Positions 28,730-39,361 of a stretch of DNA of 64,000 nucleotides are shown in pieces. The DNA comes from Polyangiales bacterium (lineage in GTDB: Bacteria; Myxococcota_A; Polyangia; Polyangiales; Polyangiaceae): NCBI GenBank assembly GCA_038231275.1, contig JBBRLQ010000014.1:162274-226273 (forward strand), given 5' to 3'. The notes under the pieces were generated by a model. It searched no databases. It saw only the letters and a list, made by a program, of their open reading frames with translations, and was not told the origin of the DNA. Every line of letters begins with the position of its first letter. Within the stretch, counting starts at the first letter, position 1. Made by a program: the position numbers and the translations under genes.

Positions 28730-29806
28730 ATGACGACCTCTCTCGAGCGAAACGAACGGCCTGACCCGCTGGCCGAGCTGGCCGAGCTGGCCAATCTCGT
28801 CGCGCGGGTTCGAGCCCCGGTCGAGGCGGAGCTGGCGCGGACGCTCGACGAGGCGAAGGCGCGCGCGGCGTCGGCAGGCCCGCGCGCGCACGACGTCGTG
28901 GCGGGGCTCGCCGCGCTCGCGACGCGCGGTGGCAAACGTCTTCGCGCGGTGCTCGTCGCGGCGGCGTACGAGGCGTGCGACGGCGAAGGCGGAGCGTCGC
29001 GCGTGACCTTGGCGGGCGTCGCCGTAGAGCTCCTTCAGGCGTACCTCCTCATCCACGACGATTGGATGGATCAGGACGACGTGCGCCGCGGCGGTCCGAG
29101 CGTGCACGTCGCCCTTCGTGGCGTGCTCGGCGACGCGCGCCTCGGCGACGTCGCGGCCATCCTCGCCGGCGACTACGGCTCGGCGCTCGCCCAATCGACG
29201 CTCCTCCGCACGCCGGTCGCGCCCGATCGCCTGCTGGAAGCGGCGCGCGTGTTCGGGCGTATCCAGGAGGATGTCGTGACCGGGCAGGTGCTCGACGTGC
29301 TCGACGTCGCAGGACCGGTGGAAGTGAAGCACGATCTGAAGACAGGCAGCTACACGGTGCGCGGGCCGCTCGCGCTCGGCGCGGCGCTCGCGGGGGCCTC
29401 GGCGGACGCCCGTTCGACACTCGATCGCTTCGCCGCGCCGCTCGGCGTCGCGTTCCAGCTTCGCGACGATCTGCTCGGAACGTTCGGCGACGCGAAGGCG
29501 ACGGGGAAGCCGGTCGGCACCGATCTGCGTGAAGGCAAGCGCACGGCGCTCGTGGAGGAGGCCGAGAAGGATCGCGATGCGTCGCGCTTGCTCGCGCGCG
29601 TGCTCGGCGTAGAAGACGCGGCGGACGACGAGGTGGCGGCGCTCGTCGCTCGGCTCGTCGCGTGCGGCGCGAAGGATCGCGTCGAGGCGCGCATCGACGC
29701 CCTGCTCGACGGCGCGCGGACCGCGCTCGCGGAGTCTTCGTTTTCGGCGCACGCGCGCGTCGTCCTGGGCGGCGCGGCGCGGGCCCTCGCGAGCCGGGAG
29801 ACCTGA
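28730..29806 (+). CDS. Short-chain polyprenyl (FPP/GGPP) synthase
   Basis: GGKRLR, HDDWMD-x4-RRG, KT, FQLRDD; Tyr five residues before the first DDxxD. Confidence 0.9.
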   Translation: MTTSLERNERPDPLAELAELANLVARVRAPVEAELARTLDEAKARAASAGPRAHDVVAGLAALATRGGKRLRAVLVAAAYEACDGEGGASRVTLAGVAVELLQAYLLIHDDWMDQDDVRRGGPSVHVALRGVLGDARLGDVAAILAGDYGSALAQSTLLRTPVAPDRLLEAARVFGRIQEDVVTGQVLDVLDVAGPVEVKHDLKTGSYTVRGPLALGAALAGASADARSTLDRFAAPLGVAFQLRDDLLGTFGDAKATGKPVGTDLREGKRTALVEEAEKDRDASRLLARVLGVEDAADDEVAALVARLVACGAKDRVEARIDALLDGARTALAESSFSAHARVVLGGAARALASRET

Positions 29807-29808
29807 GC

Positions 29809-30792
29809 ATGAGCACCTTCGGAACCAGCTCCGGCGCCGCGTGCGGCAAGGTCATCCTCCTCGGGGAGCACGCCGTCGTGTACGGCGTCCCGGCGCTCGC
29901 CGTCGGCATCGATCGGGGCGCGCGCGCTGTCGCCACGCCCATCGCGGCGGGCCCGAGCCGCCTGCGCGTGCGCGGGTGGGAGGTCGAGGTCACCGAGCAC
30001 GACACCTCCAACGATCTCGGTTGCGCCTTCCGCGCGCTCCTCGGCGCAGTGCGCGCAGAGGCGAGCGGACCCGCGCACGTGCACGTCGACGCGGAGACGG
30101 ATCTGCCTCCCGGCGGCGGCCTCGGGTGCTCCGCGGCCATCGGCGTCGCCGTCGCGCGCGCGATCGTCGGCGATCCGCAGCACGAGCGACTGACGGCCTT
30201 CGTGAACGCGTGGGAGCAGGTCTTCCACGGCAACCCCTCGGGCGTCGACGCCGCGGTGGCCGCGCGTGGCGGCTGCGTCGTCTTCGAGCGTCGAGCCGGC
30301 GTCGCGCACCTCGAACCGGTCGGCGTCCGCGGCGGCCTCACGCTGTGTGTCGGCAACACCGGCGTCGCGTCGAGCACCAAGTCGATGGTCGACTCCGTCG
30401 CGCGCCTCGCCGAGCGCCGCCCGCAGGTCGTGAAGAAGGCGTGGGACGGCATCGGCGCCCTCGTCAAGAACGCGCGGCTCGCGATCGAGGCCGGCGATCG
30501 CTTCGGCCTCGGCCGCCTGATGGATCTGAACCAGATGCTCCTCTCCGGGCTCTTCCTCTCGACGCCGGAGATCGAGGCGATGTGCGAGTCGGCCCGCGCC
30601 GCCAGCGCGCTCGGCGCGAAGCTCACCGGCGCGGGCGGCGGCGGCAGTGTCATCGCCCTCGTGAACGGCCTCTCCGGCGCCGAGCGCGTGATCGAGGCGT
30701 GGAAGAAGGAAGGCTTCACCGGCTTCGCGACGCGCGTGGCCGTGAGCGACGAAATGAGCCTGCGCGCGCGCGCGTCAGGAGGCTCCCCTTGA
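29809..30792 (+). CDS. mvk: Mevalonate kinase
   Basis: GKVILLGEHAVVYG, PPGGGLGCSAA, HGNPSGVD, KLTGAGGGG. Confidence 0.93.
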   Translation: MSTFGTSSGAACGKVILLGEHAVVYGVPALAVGIDRGARAVATPIAAGPSRLRVRGWEVEVTEHDTSNDLGCAFRALLGAVRAEASGPAHVHVDAETDLPPGGGLGCSAAIGVAVARAIVGDPQHERLTAFVNAWEQVFHGNPSGVDAAVAARGGCVVFERRAGVAHLEPVGVRGGLTLCVGNTGVASSTKSMVDSVARLAERRPQVVKKAWDGIGALVKNARLAIEAGDRFGLGRLMDLNQMLLSGLFLSTPEIEAMCESARAASALGAKLTGAGGGGSVIALVNGLSGAERVIEAWKKEGFTGFATRVAVSDEMSLRARASGGSP

Positions 30793-31751
30793 CCGAGGCG
30801 ACTGCCCGCGCCCACCCCAACCTCGCGCTCGCAAAGTACTGGGGAAAGCTCGATCGCGAGGGAAATTTCCCCGCGGTGCCGAGCCTGTCGGTGACGCTGG
30901 GCGGCCTGGCGACGACCACGCGCGTACGCTTCGACGCGGCCCTCGCCGCCGATCGCCTCGTCCTGAACGGCGTCGAGACCGACGGCACCGAGCTCTTTCG
31001 CGCGGTGAAGCTGATGGACCGCGTCCGCGCGGCCAGCGGGAGCGAGCTGCGCGCGGAGATCGTGAGCGACAACGATTTTCCGACCGCGAGCGGCATCGCG
31101 TCGAGCGCGTCGGGCTTCGCGGCGTTGGCCCTCGCGGCGTCGCGCGCGGCGGGCGTCGACTGGGACGCGGCGCGCGTCAGCAGCGAGGCGCGCGAGAGCT
31201 CGGCGAGCGCGGCGCGCAGCGTCTTTGGCGGCTTCGTGGAGCTCGAGGCCGGCGCGGAGTCGGCGCGGCAGGTCGTGCCGGCAACTCACCTCGACCTCGT
31301 CGTCTTCGTGTGCGTCGCCGGCGAGGGCAAGAAGAAGGCGATCGGCTCGACCGATGGGATGCGCCAGACCAAGGTCCGCAGCCCCTATTACCGCGCGTGG
31401 CTGGACCTCGCGCCGAAGAATTTCGCGGAGCTCCGCGCCGCCGTCGTCGCAAAGGACTTCGCGAAGGCCGGCGAGCTGGCGGAGGCGAGCGCGCTCGCGA
31501 TGCACGCGTCGGCGATCGCGGCCGGCGTCGTCTACCTCGGTGGCGTGTCGCTCGAAGGGCTCACCCTCGTGCAGCGCCTGCGCGAAGAGGGGACCCCGGC
31601 GTTCGCGACGATGGACGCGGGGCCGCACGTGAAGATCCTGGCGCGCGAGGCGGACGCCGCCAAGGTCCGCGCGGCGCTCGCGTCGCTCGCGGGCGTGTCG
31701 CGCATCATCGAGTCGCGCCCCGGCGGCGCGGCGGAGGTGGTGCGGCCATGA
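30789..31751 (+). CDS. mvaD: Diphosphomevalonate decarboxylase
   Basis: NLALAKYWGK, PTASGIASSASGFAA, SAARS, MDAGPHVK; TTG start overlaps mvk stop. Confidence 0.92.
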   Translation: MTEATARAHPNLALAKYWGKLDREGNFPAVPSLSVTLGGLATTTRVRFDAALAADRLVLNGVETDGTELFRAVKLMDRVRAASGSELRAEIVSDNDFPTASGIASSASGFAALALAASRAAGVDWDAARVSSEARESSASAARSVFGGFVELEAGAESARQVVPATHLDLVVFVCVAGEGKKKAIGSTDGMRQTKVRSPYYRAWLDLAPKNFAELRAAVVAKDFAKAGELAEASALAMHASAIAAGVVYLGGVSLEGLTLVQRLREEGTPAFATMDAGPHVKILAREADAAKVRAALASLAGVSRIIESRPGGAAEVVRP

Positions 31752-32605
31752 TCGTCGTCGCCCCCGGCAAGATGCTCGTCACCGGCGCGTACGCCGTCCT
31801 CGAAGGAGCGCCCGCGGTGGTCTGCGCGGTCAACCGTCACGCGTACCTCGACGTCGCGACGGGCGAGATCGACACGCGCGAGATGTACGACGGCGACGCG
31901 AAGCTCGGGCTCGGCTCGAGCGCCGCGTGCGCGGTCGTTCGCGAGGGGGCGGCCGCCCACGCCCGCGGCGAGGAGCTCTCGGACCCCGCCGTTCGCGCGC
32001 GCGTCTTCGCTGCCGCCCGCGACGCGCACGCGAAAGACCAGAGCGGCGGCAGCGGCGTCGACGTCGCGGCGAGCACGTTCGGCGGCGTCCTCGTCTACAC
32101 GCGCGGCGAGGCCGGCCCTACGTACCGGTCCACGGCGTTTCCCCCCGGCGTCGTCTTCGATGCGTTCTGGAGCGGCACGAGCGCGAAGACCAGCGATCTC
32201 CGCGCCCGCGTGGACGCCCTCCGCGCGCGCGATTCCCGCACATTCGGCGCGCGCATGTCGGAGCTCGACGCCGCGGCGCAGGCCGGAGCGTTCGCGGCGA
32301 CGGCCGGCGACGGCCCGGCCCTGGTCTCCGCCGCCCGCGCCACGCTCGTGGCGCTCGACGCGCTCGGCCGCGACGCCGACGCTCCCATCGTCCCGCCGGC
32401 GTTCCTCGAGCTCGCGCGCCTCGCCGAGAAGTCCGGCGCCGCGTTCTTGCCGTCCGGCGCCGGCGGCGGCGACGTAGGCGCGTACCTCGGTCCGATGGCG
32501 CCGCCGCCCGACCTCGTCGCGCGGGCGCTCGCCCTCGGAATGCGACCGCTCGGCCTCTCTCTCGACTCTGTCGGCTTGCGAGCCGTCTCCTCACGTGGTC
32601 ATTAA
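31748..32605 (+). CDS. Phosphomevalonate kinase (GHMP family)
   Basis: APGK..TGAYAVL, KLGLGSSAA, GSGVDVAAS, SGAGGGD; operon context. Confidence 0.85.
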   Translation: MIVVAPGKMLVTGAYAVLEGAPAVVCAVNRHAYLDVATGEIDTREMYDGDAKLGLGSSAACAVVREGAAAHARGEELSDPAVRARVFAAARDAHAKDQSGGSGVDVAASTFGGVLVYTRGEAGPTYRSTAFPPGVVFDAFWSGTSAKTSDLRARVDALRARDSRTFGARMSELDAAAQAGAFAATAGDGPALVSAARATLVALDALGRDADAPIVPPAFLELARLAEKSGAAFLPSGAGGGDVGAYLGPMAPPPDLVARALALGMRPLGLSLDSVGLRAVSSRGH

Positions 32606-32618
32606 GGAACACACGATC

Positions 32619-33926
<1,308 letters not shown>

Positions 33927-33973
33927 CGCGCCGCCGCTCACCCGTTACGGCGGGCGTCTGCTACAACGAGCGT

Positions 33974-34507
33974 GTGCTCGCGCTCTACCTCGGCGCACTC
34001 CTCGTCGGCGTGTCCGTGCTCGGCGTCCAGGCGTTCGCCGGGCACGACGCCGACGGCGGTGGCCACGCGTCTCACGGCGATCACGACGCGCCGCCGTGGG
34101 CGCTGCTCCTCAGCCTTCGTTTCTGGTCGTTCGGCCTCCTGGCCTTCGGCCTCGCCGGCGCGCTGCTGACGGGGTTGTCGCTCGCGGGGGCGACGGTCGC
34201 GCTCGTGGTCGCCATCGTCCTCGGCGTGGGCGCGGGGGCTGGCGCGACCACGGTCATTCGCCGCATGACGCACAAGGGCCCGACGAGCCAGGTCCTGCCC
34301 ACCGAGGTCGTCGGAAAGATCGGCCGCGTGCTCGTGGCGCCGGCCGACGCGTCGCGCGGCAAGGTGCGCGTCGAGCTCCGCGGTCAGATCGTGGACTACG
34401 TCGCCGCGTCGCGCGAGCCGCTCGAGGAGGGAGACGTCGTGGTCATCGACGAGTACGACGGGCGCGAGGTCAGCGTCACGCGCGCGCCGAAGGAGCTCAA
34501 GCCGTGA
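33974..34507 (+). CDS. NfeD-like membrane protein
   Basis: Three TM segments + OB-fold-like C-terminus (VGKIGRV...GKVRV); upstream of flotillins. Confidence 0.75.
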   Translation: MLALYLGALLVGVSVLGVQAFAGHDADGGGHASHGDHDAPPWALLLSLRFWSFGLLAFGLAGALLTGLSLAGATVALVVAIVLGVGAGAGATTVIRRMTHKGPTSQVLPTEVVGKIGRVLVAPADASRGKVRVELRGQIVDYVAASREPLEEGDVVVIDEYDGREVSVTRAPKELKP

Positions 34508-35070
34508 GCCTTTACGCCGCGCTCCTCCGCGGGATCAACGTCGCCGGCCACAACATGCTCCCGATGAAGGAGCTCGTCCCGATGTTCGAGGCGGTCGGCT
34601 GCACCGACGTCGAGAGCTACATCCAGAGCGGCAACGTCGTCTTCGCGGCCTCCGCATCGATCGCGCGCCGGGTACCGGAGCTCGTGAGCGGCAAGATCAA
34701 GAGCCGGTTTCGTTACGACACGCCGATCCTCGTGCGCTCGGCGGCGGCGCTCGCGGAGGTCGCCGCGTCGAACCCGTTCCTCGAGGGCGTCGCGCCGTCG
34801 AAGGCGACGTACGTGGCGTTCCTCGGGAAGGCGCCGGCAAAGGCGCTCGTCGACGCGCTCGATCCGAACCGCTCGCCGCCCGATGCATTCGCGGTCCGCG
34901 GAACCGAAGTGTTCCTGCACTACCCGAACGGCGCAGGCCGGACCAAGCTCACCAACGTGTACCTGGAGTCGAAGCTCGCGACGATCGCCACCTCGCGCAA
35001 CTGGCGGACGCTGCTGCAGCTCGTCGAAATGACGCAATCCAGGCACGCCAGCCGCGCGCGAACGACGTAG
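34504..35070 (+). CDS. DUF1697 family protein
   Basis: ALLRGINVAG, SYIQSGNVVF, TSRNWRT. Confidence 0.88.
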   Translation: MSLYAALLRGINVAGHNMLPMKELVPMFEAVGCTDVESYIQSGNVVFAASASIARRVPELVSGKIKSRFRYDTPILVRSAAALAEVAASNPFLEGVAPSKATYVAFLGKAPAKALVDALDPNRSPPDAFAVRGTEVFLHYPNGAGRTKLTNVYLESKLATIATSRNWRTLLQLVEMTQSRHASRARTT

Positions 35071-35103
35071 CGCGCGCGGGCCATCGGCGTATCCTCCCGC
35101 CTC

Positions 35104-36432
35104 ATGGACCTCGATCCGCCGACGCTCGCTCTCGTGATCGGCACCGCCGTAGGGCTGATCCTCACGCTCTTTGGGCTCACGTTCCTGGTCACGCGCTTCC
35201 TCTACATCTGCCCGCCGAGCGAGATTTTCATCTTCTCGGGCAAGCGCCAGCGCCTCGCCGATGGGACGACGGTTGGCTTCAAGGTGATCCACGGCGGTCG
35301 CGCGTTCCGGATCCCGCTGCTCGAGACGGTGTCGAAGATGGACGTGCGTCTCTTCGGCGTCGAGGTGAGCGTCGCCAACGCGTTCTCGCGCGGCGGCATC
35401 CCGCTCACGGTGCACGCGATCGCGAACGTGAAGATCAACACCGACACGCGTCACGTGCAGCAAGCGGTCGAGCGCTTTCTTGGCATGCCCGAGCAGCAAA
35501 TCCAGACGGTCGCGAAGCAAACGCTCGAGGGCGTCCTTCGCGAGGTGCTGAGTCAGCTCACACCCGAAGAGGTGAACGAGGACCGCCTCAAGTTCGCGGA
35601 CAGCCTCATGAACAACGCGAAGGACGACTTCGACAAGCTCGGCCTCGAGCTCGACGTCCTCAAAGTGCAGCACGTCGCCGACGATCAGAAATACCTCGCG
35701 AACCTCGGGCGCGCGCAGATCGCGAGCATGATCCGAGACGCGCAGAACGCCGAGAACGAGGCGCAGCAGGTCGTGTCGCAGGCGCAGGCCCTCGCCCGTC
35801 AGCGGGCGGAGACCGCGGAGAACCAGTCAGAGGCGACGGTCCTCCAGCGGAAAAACGCGTTCCGCGGCGACATCGCCAAGCTCGAGGCCGAGGCGAAGGG
35901 CATCGAGAACGAGGCGCTGGTCGCCGCGGAGACCGCGCGCTCCACGGCGGAGCAAGAGCTCCAGCGATTGCGCGCCGAGCTCGCGAAGCTGTATTTGCAG
36001 GTCGAGACGGTGCTCCCCGCCGAGGCGCAGGCCAAAGCGCAGGCCGCCCGCGCGCGCGGCGACGCGGCCCCGACGATCGAGAACGGCCGCGCGTCCGCCG
36101 AGGCGCTCGGCGTCGTCGCGAGCGAGTGGGCGGCGGCGGGCGAGCATGGGCGGGACGTCTACGTGCTGCAACAGCTCGACGCGATCATCGCCGCCGCGGT
36201 CGAGCGCGTGTCGAAGGTCGAAATCGGCGTCGTCGAGGTGATCGACGGCGGCGACGGCGAGGGGCTCGGCGCGGTGCTCGGCGCGTTCCCGCGCGGCGTC
36301 GCCAAGGTGCTCGAAGAGACGGGCGCCGCGATGGGCGTCGACGTCCGCGCGCTCCTCCGCGCGCGCGATGCCCCATCGCCGCCGCTTTTGCCCCAAGGCC
36401 CCGACACGCTGCGCGGAGGAGGTGCCCGATGA
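35104..36432 (+). CDS. Flotillin/SPFH family protein
   Basis: N-terminal TM, SPFH core (AFSRGGIPL, LEGVLREVL), AE-rich coiled coil. Confidence 0.9.
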   Translation: MDLDPPTLALVIGTAVGLILTLFGLTFLVTRFLYICPPSEIFIFSGKRQRLADGTTVGFKVIHGGRAFRIPLLETVSKMDVRLFGVEVSVANAFSRGGIPLTVHAIANVKINTDTRHVQQAVERFLGMPEQQIQTVAKQTLEGVLREVLSQLTPEEVNEDRLKFADSLMNNAKDDFDKLGLELDVLKVQHVADDQKYLANLGRAQIASMIRDAQNAENEAQQVVSQAQALARQRAETAENQSEATVLQRKNAFRGDIAKLEAEAKGIENEALVAAETARSTAEQELQRLRAELAKLYLQVETVLPAEAQAKAQAARARGDAAPTIENGRASAEALGVVASEWAAAGEHGRDVYVLQQLDAIIAAAVERVSKVEIGVVEVIDGGDGEGLGAVLGAFPRGVAKVLEETGAAMGVDVRALLRARDAPSPPLLPQGPDTLRGGGAR

Positions 36433-37700
36433 TCGGCATCCTCCTCGTCATCCTCGCGACCACGGCCGTGGTCGTCGGCATGCTCGCGTTCGTCGTGCGC
36501 TCCCTCCTCTTCGTGAGCGAGCCCAACGAGGCGCTCATCTTCGCCGGCGCGCGCCGCCAGATCGGCCCTTCGCAGGAGCTCGGTTATCGCATCGTCCGCG
36601 GCGGCCGCAGCATGCGAACGCCGCTGCTCGAAGCCGTGCACCGCATGGACCTGACGATGTTCACGATCGACGTGACCGTGCAGAACGCGTACTCGAAGGG
36701 TGGCATCCCGCTCAACGTCGTCGGCGTCGCGAACGTAAAGGTCGCCGGCGACGAGCCGCTCCTCGACAACGCGATCGAGCGCTTCCTCGGCAAGACACGG
36801 CCCGAGGTGATGCGCATCGCGAAGGAGACGCTCGAGGGCAACCTCCGCGGCGTGCTCGCGCAGCTCACCCCGGAGCAGGTGAACGAGGATAAGACCCGCT
36901 TCGCGCAGAACCTCATCGAGGAGGCCGAGCGCGACATGCACCGCATGGGGCTCGTGCTCGAGACGCTCAAGATCCAGAACGTGTCCGACGACGTCGGCTA
37001 CCTCAACTCGATCGGGCGCATCCGCGGTGCGGTCGTGCGCCGCCAGGCCGCCATCGCCGAGTCCAACGCGCAGGCCGACGCGGCGGTGCAGAAGGCCACC
37101 AACTCGATGAACAGCGAGGTCTCGCGCATCGACGCCGATCTCGAAATCTCGCGTCAGCAGTTCAAGAAGCGCATCGCCGACGCCGTCAGCAAGCGCGCCG
37201 CGATGATCGCCGAGGCCGAAGGTCAGGTCTCGGCGACGATTGCGCAGGTCCGGGCCGAGCTCGAACGCCAACGCGCGCGCGTCCTCCAGGTGCAGCGCAA
37301 GCTCGACGCCGAGGTGGTGCAGCCCGCCGAAGCCGACTGCAAGGCGGCGGAGGAGCGCGCGCGCGGCGATGCAGCGCGCATCCTCGAGCAGGGGAAAGCG
37401 CAGGCCGGCGCGCTGCGCCTCATGGTGGAGCAGTACCGCAAGGCAGGCCCCGCGGCGCGCGAGGTGCTGGCCCTCCAGAAGATGCTCCCGCTGGTCTGGT
37501 CGGTCAGCGGCGCGCAGCAGAAGCTCACGATCCGCAAGATCACGATCCTTCCGCGCGGGGGCGGAGACGGCGCGCAGGATTTCGCCAAGAACGCCATCGG
37601 CACCGCCGAGCAGCTCCGCGCCGCGACGGGGATCGATCTCGCCGGCATCGCGCGGCGGCTCGCCGCTCCGCCGCCCCCGAAATCCGAGGGGGGTACGTGA
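36429..37700 (+). CDS. Flotillin/SPFH family protein (paralog)
   Basis: AYSKGGIPL, LEGNLRGVLAQLTPEQVNED; ATGA overlap. Confidence 0.9.
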   Translation: MIGILLVILATTAVVVGMLAFVVRSLLFVSEPNEALIFAGARRQIGPSQELGYRIVRGGRSMRTPLLEAVHRMDLTMFTIDVTVQNAYSKGGIPLNVVGVANVKVAGDEPLLDNAIERFLGKTRPEVMRIAKETLEGNLRGVLAQLTPEQVNEDKTRFAQNLIEEAERDMHRMGLVLETLKIQNVSDDVGYLNSIGRIRGAVVRRQAAIAESNAQADAAVQKATNSMNSEVSRIDADLEISRQQFKKRIADAVSKRAAMIAEAEGQVSATIAQVRAELERQRARVLQVQRKLDAEVVQPAEADCKAAEERARGDAARILEQGKAQAGALRLMVEQYRKAGPAAREVLALQKMLPLVWSVSGAQQKLTIRKITILPRGGGDGAQDFAKNAIGTAEQLRAATGIDLAGIARRLAAPPPPKSEGGT

Positions 37701-37765
37701 ACGTGCGCAACCAGAAGCCGGACAAGGTGCTTTCTTTGACGCACACGGTGGCGTAGGTTGCGCCT

Positions 37766-38875
37766 GTGAGCGGCGGCGATTCGAAGCGCCCCAGCCAGGC
37801 GCCGACAGGCCTCACCCCGCCCACGGGGGTCATGGTCGCAGATCCGCACCGCGATCTCGCGGGTGCGCTGCACGACGTGTCGAACGCGCTTACCGTGATG
37901 CTCGGCTGGGTGCAGGAGTCGCGCGCCGAGCACGCAACGCGCGAATCGGTCGCGTACGCGCTCGGCATCATCGAGCAGCGCGCACGCATCGCGCGCGATT
38001 TGGCGCGGCGCGCCATTGGTGGCGGCGGGAAGGATCTCGACCTCGACGGTCAGCTCGACGCGACCCTCCGCGACGCGATCGACGCGCTCGCGGTCATGGC
38101 GCAGCGCGTCGGCGTACGCGTGCGCCTCGCGCCCGTCGCGCCCGGCGTGAAGATCCCTGCCGCCGGCGACGTCTCACAGATCGTGACGAACCTCGTGATG
38201 AACGCGCTGGCGTACGCGCCGGCCGACACCGAGGTCACGATCTCTGCCGCCAGCACGACCGATCGCGCCGCCGTGATCGACGTGACCGATCAAGGGACCG
38301 GCGTAGCCCCTGCGCGGCGCGACAGCATCTTCGAGGGCGACACCAAGCGCGAAGGCGGCGCCGGCGTCGGCCTCCGTCACGCACGCGCGCTCGCACGCGC
38401 CATCGGAGGCGACGTCGAGCTCATCGCCGATCCGGAGGGCGCGCGTTTTCGCGTCACGTGGCCGCGCATCGACGCGCTGCCCAAGCCACCGCAATCCGTC
38501 GCGCGCATCCGCGTCCTCGAGGGCACGCGCGTCCTCATCATCGAGGACGACGGCGACGTCACCGATCTCCTCGAGGCGAGCCTCGGCGCGCGCGGCGCAG
38601 AGGTCACCGTCGTCCGCAGCCACGCCGAGCTCGCCGGCGCGCTCACCAAGCCGCACGACGCCGCGCTCGTCGATCTCTCCCCGATCGCCGGCGACGTGCG
38701 CGGCGCGTTCGACACGCTCCGCATGTTCGCCCCCAACGCGCGCCTCGTCGTGATCACCGGCAGCGTCGAGGGCCTCCCGGCCGAGATCTCCGGCGAAGGC
38801 ATCCGCCTCGTACGAAAGCCCTTCGAAGTAAGCGAGATCGTCGCGGCGCTCGTGGAACCTCGTACAAAGTCTTGA
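37766..38875 (+). CDS. Hybrid histidine kinase with receiver domain, no obvious sensor domain
   Basis: HDVSNAL H-box, NLVMNA, DQGTG, GAGVGL; receiver IEDD...D...T...KP. Confidence 0.85.
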   Translation: MSGGDSKRPSQAPTGLTPPTGVMVADPHRDLAGALHDVSNALTVMLGWVQESRAEHATRESVAYALGIIEQRARIARDLARRAIGGGGKDLDLDGQLDATLRDAIDALAVMAQRVGVRVRLAPVAPGVKIPAAGDVSQIVTNLVMNALAYAPADTEVTISAASTTDRAAVIDVTDQGTGVAPARRDSIFEGDTKREGGAGVGLRHARALARAIGGDVELIADPEGARFRVTWPRIDALPKPPQSVARIRVLEGTRVLIIEDDGDVTDLLEASLGARGAEVTVVRSHAELAGALTKPHDAALVDLSPIAGDVRGAFDTLRMFAPNARLVVITGSVEGLPAEISGEGIRLVRKPFEVSEIVAALVEPRTKS

Positions 38876-38883
38876 ACCTCCTA

Positions 38884-38911
38884 TTGACTCTCCTGACGTT
38901 ACGGATATGTT
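38884..38911 (+). promoter_or_regulatory. Sigma70-type promoter for tRNA-Leu
   Basis: TTGACT, 16 bp spacer, TATGTT, followed by a GC-rich stretch. Confidence 0.55.
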
Positions 38912-38923
38912 CCCCGCCGCTTC

Positions 38924-39005
38924 GCGAAGGTGGCGGAATTGGCAGACGCACTAGCTTGAGGTGCTAGCGGGTAACACCGTAGGGGTTCAAGTCCCCTCCT
39001 TCGCA
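38924..39005 (+). tRNA. tRNA-Leu(GAG)
   Basis: GCGAAGG/CCTTCGC acceptor stem, CTAGC-TTGAGGT-GCTAG anticodon arm, long variable arm, GTTCAAGTC T-arm. Confidence 0.96.
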
Positions 39006-39048
39006 CTCACTTGTTTTCCCCGCCGTAGTCGGGGCGGGATAGGCCGTC

Positions 39049-39324
39049 ATGAATCGAAAGCTCGCGCTTGTATGCCTCGCCGCGACGGCGTACCTCGGTT
39101 GCGCGACGGCGGAGCTCATCAACCCTCCGCCGCAGCCCGGCTGCGACGCGACGAATGACTGCCCGCTCCCCGATTCGGGGGCCGACGCCACGACCGACGG
39201 CCCGCTGCCCGAGGCCGCCGCCGACACCGGGAGCGATGCCGGGACCGTCGACGCGGCCGACGCGGCCGACTCCGCAAAGGTCGACGCCAGCGACGCCGCG
39301 ACCGACGCCGACGCCAAGGGCTAA
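39049..39324 (+). CDS. Small Asp/Ala-rich lipoprotein
   Basis: YLGC lipobox; DAA/DAG repeats. Confidence 0.65.
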   Translation: MNRKLALVCLAATAYLGCATAELINPPPQPGCDATNDCPLPDSGADATTDGPLPEAAADTGSDAGTVDAADAADSAKVDASDAATDADAKG

Positions 39325-39361
39325 ACAGAGACGTCGGGCCGACGGCGTCCCCCGCCAATCG

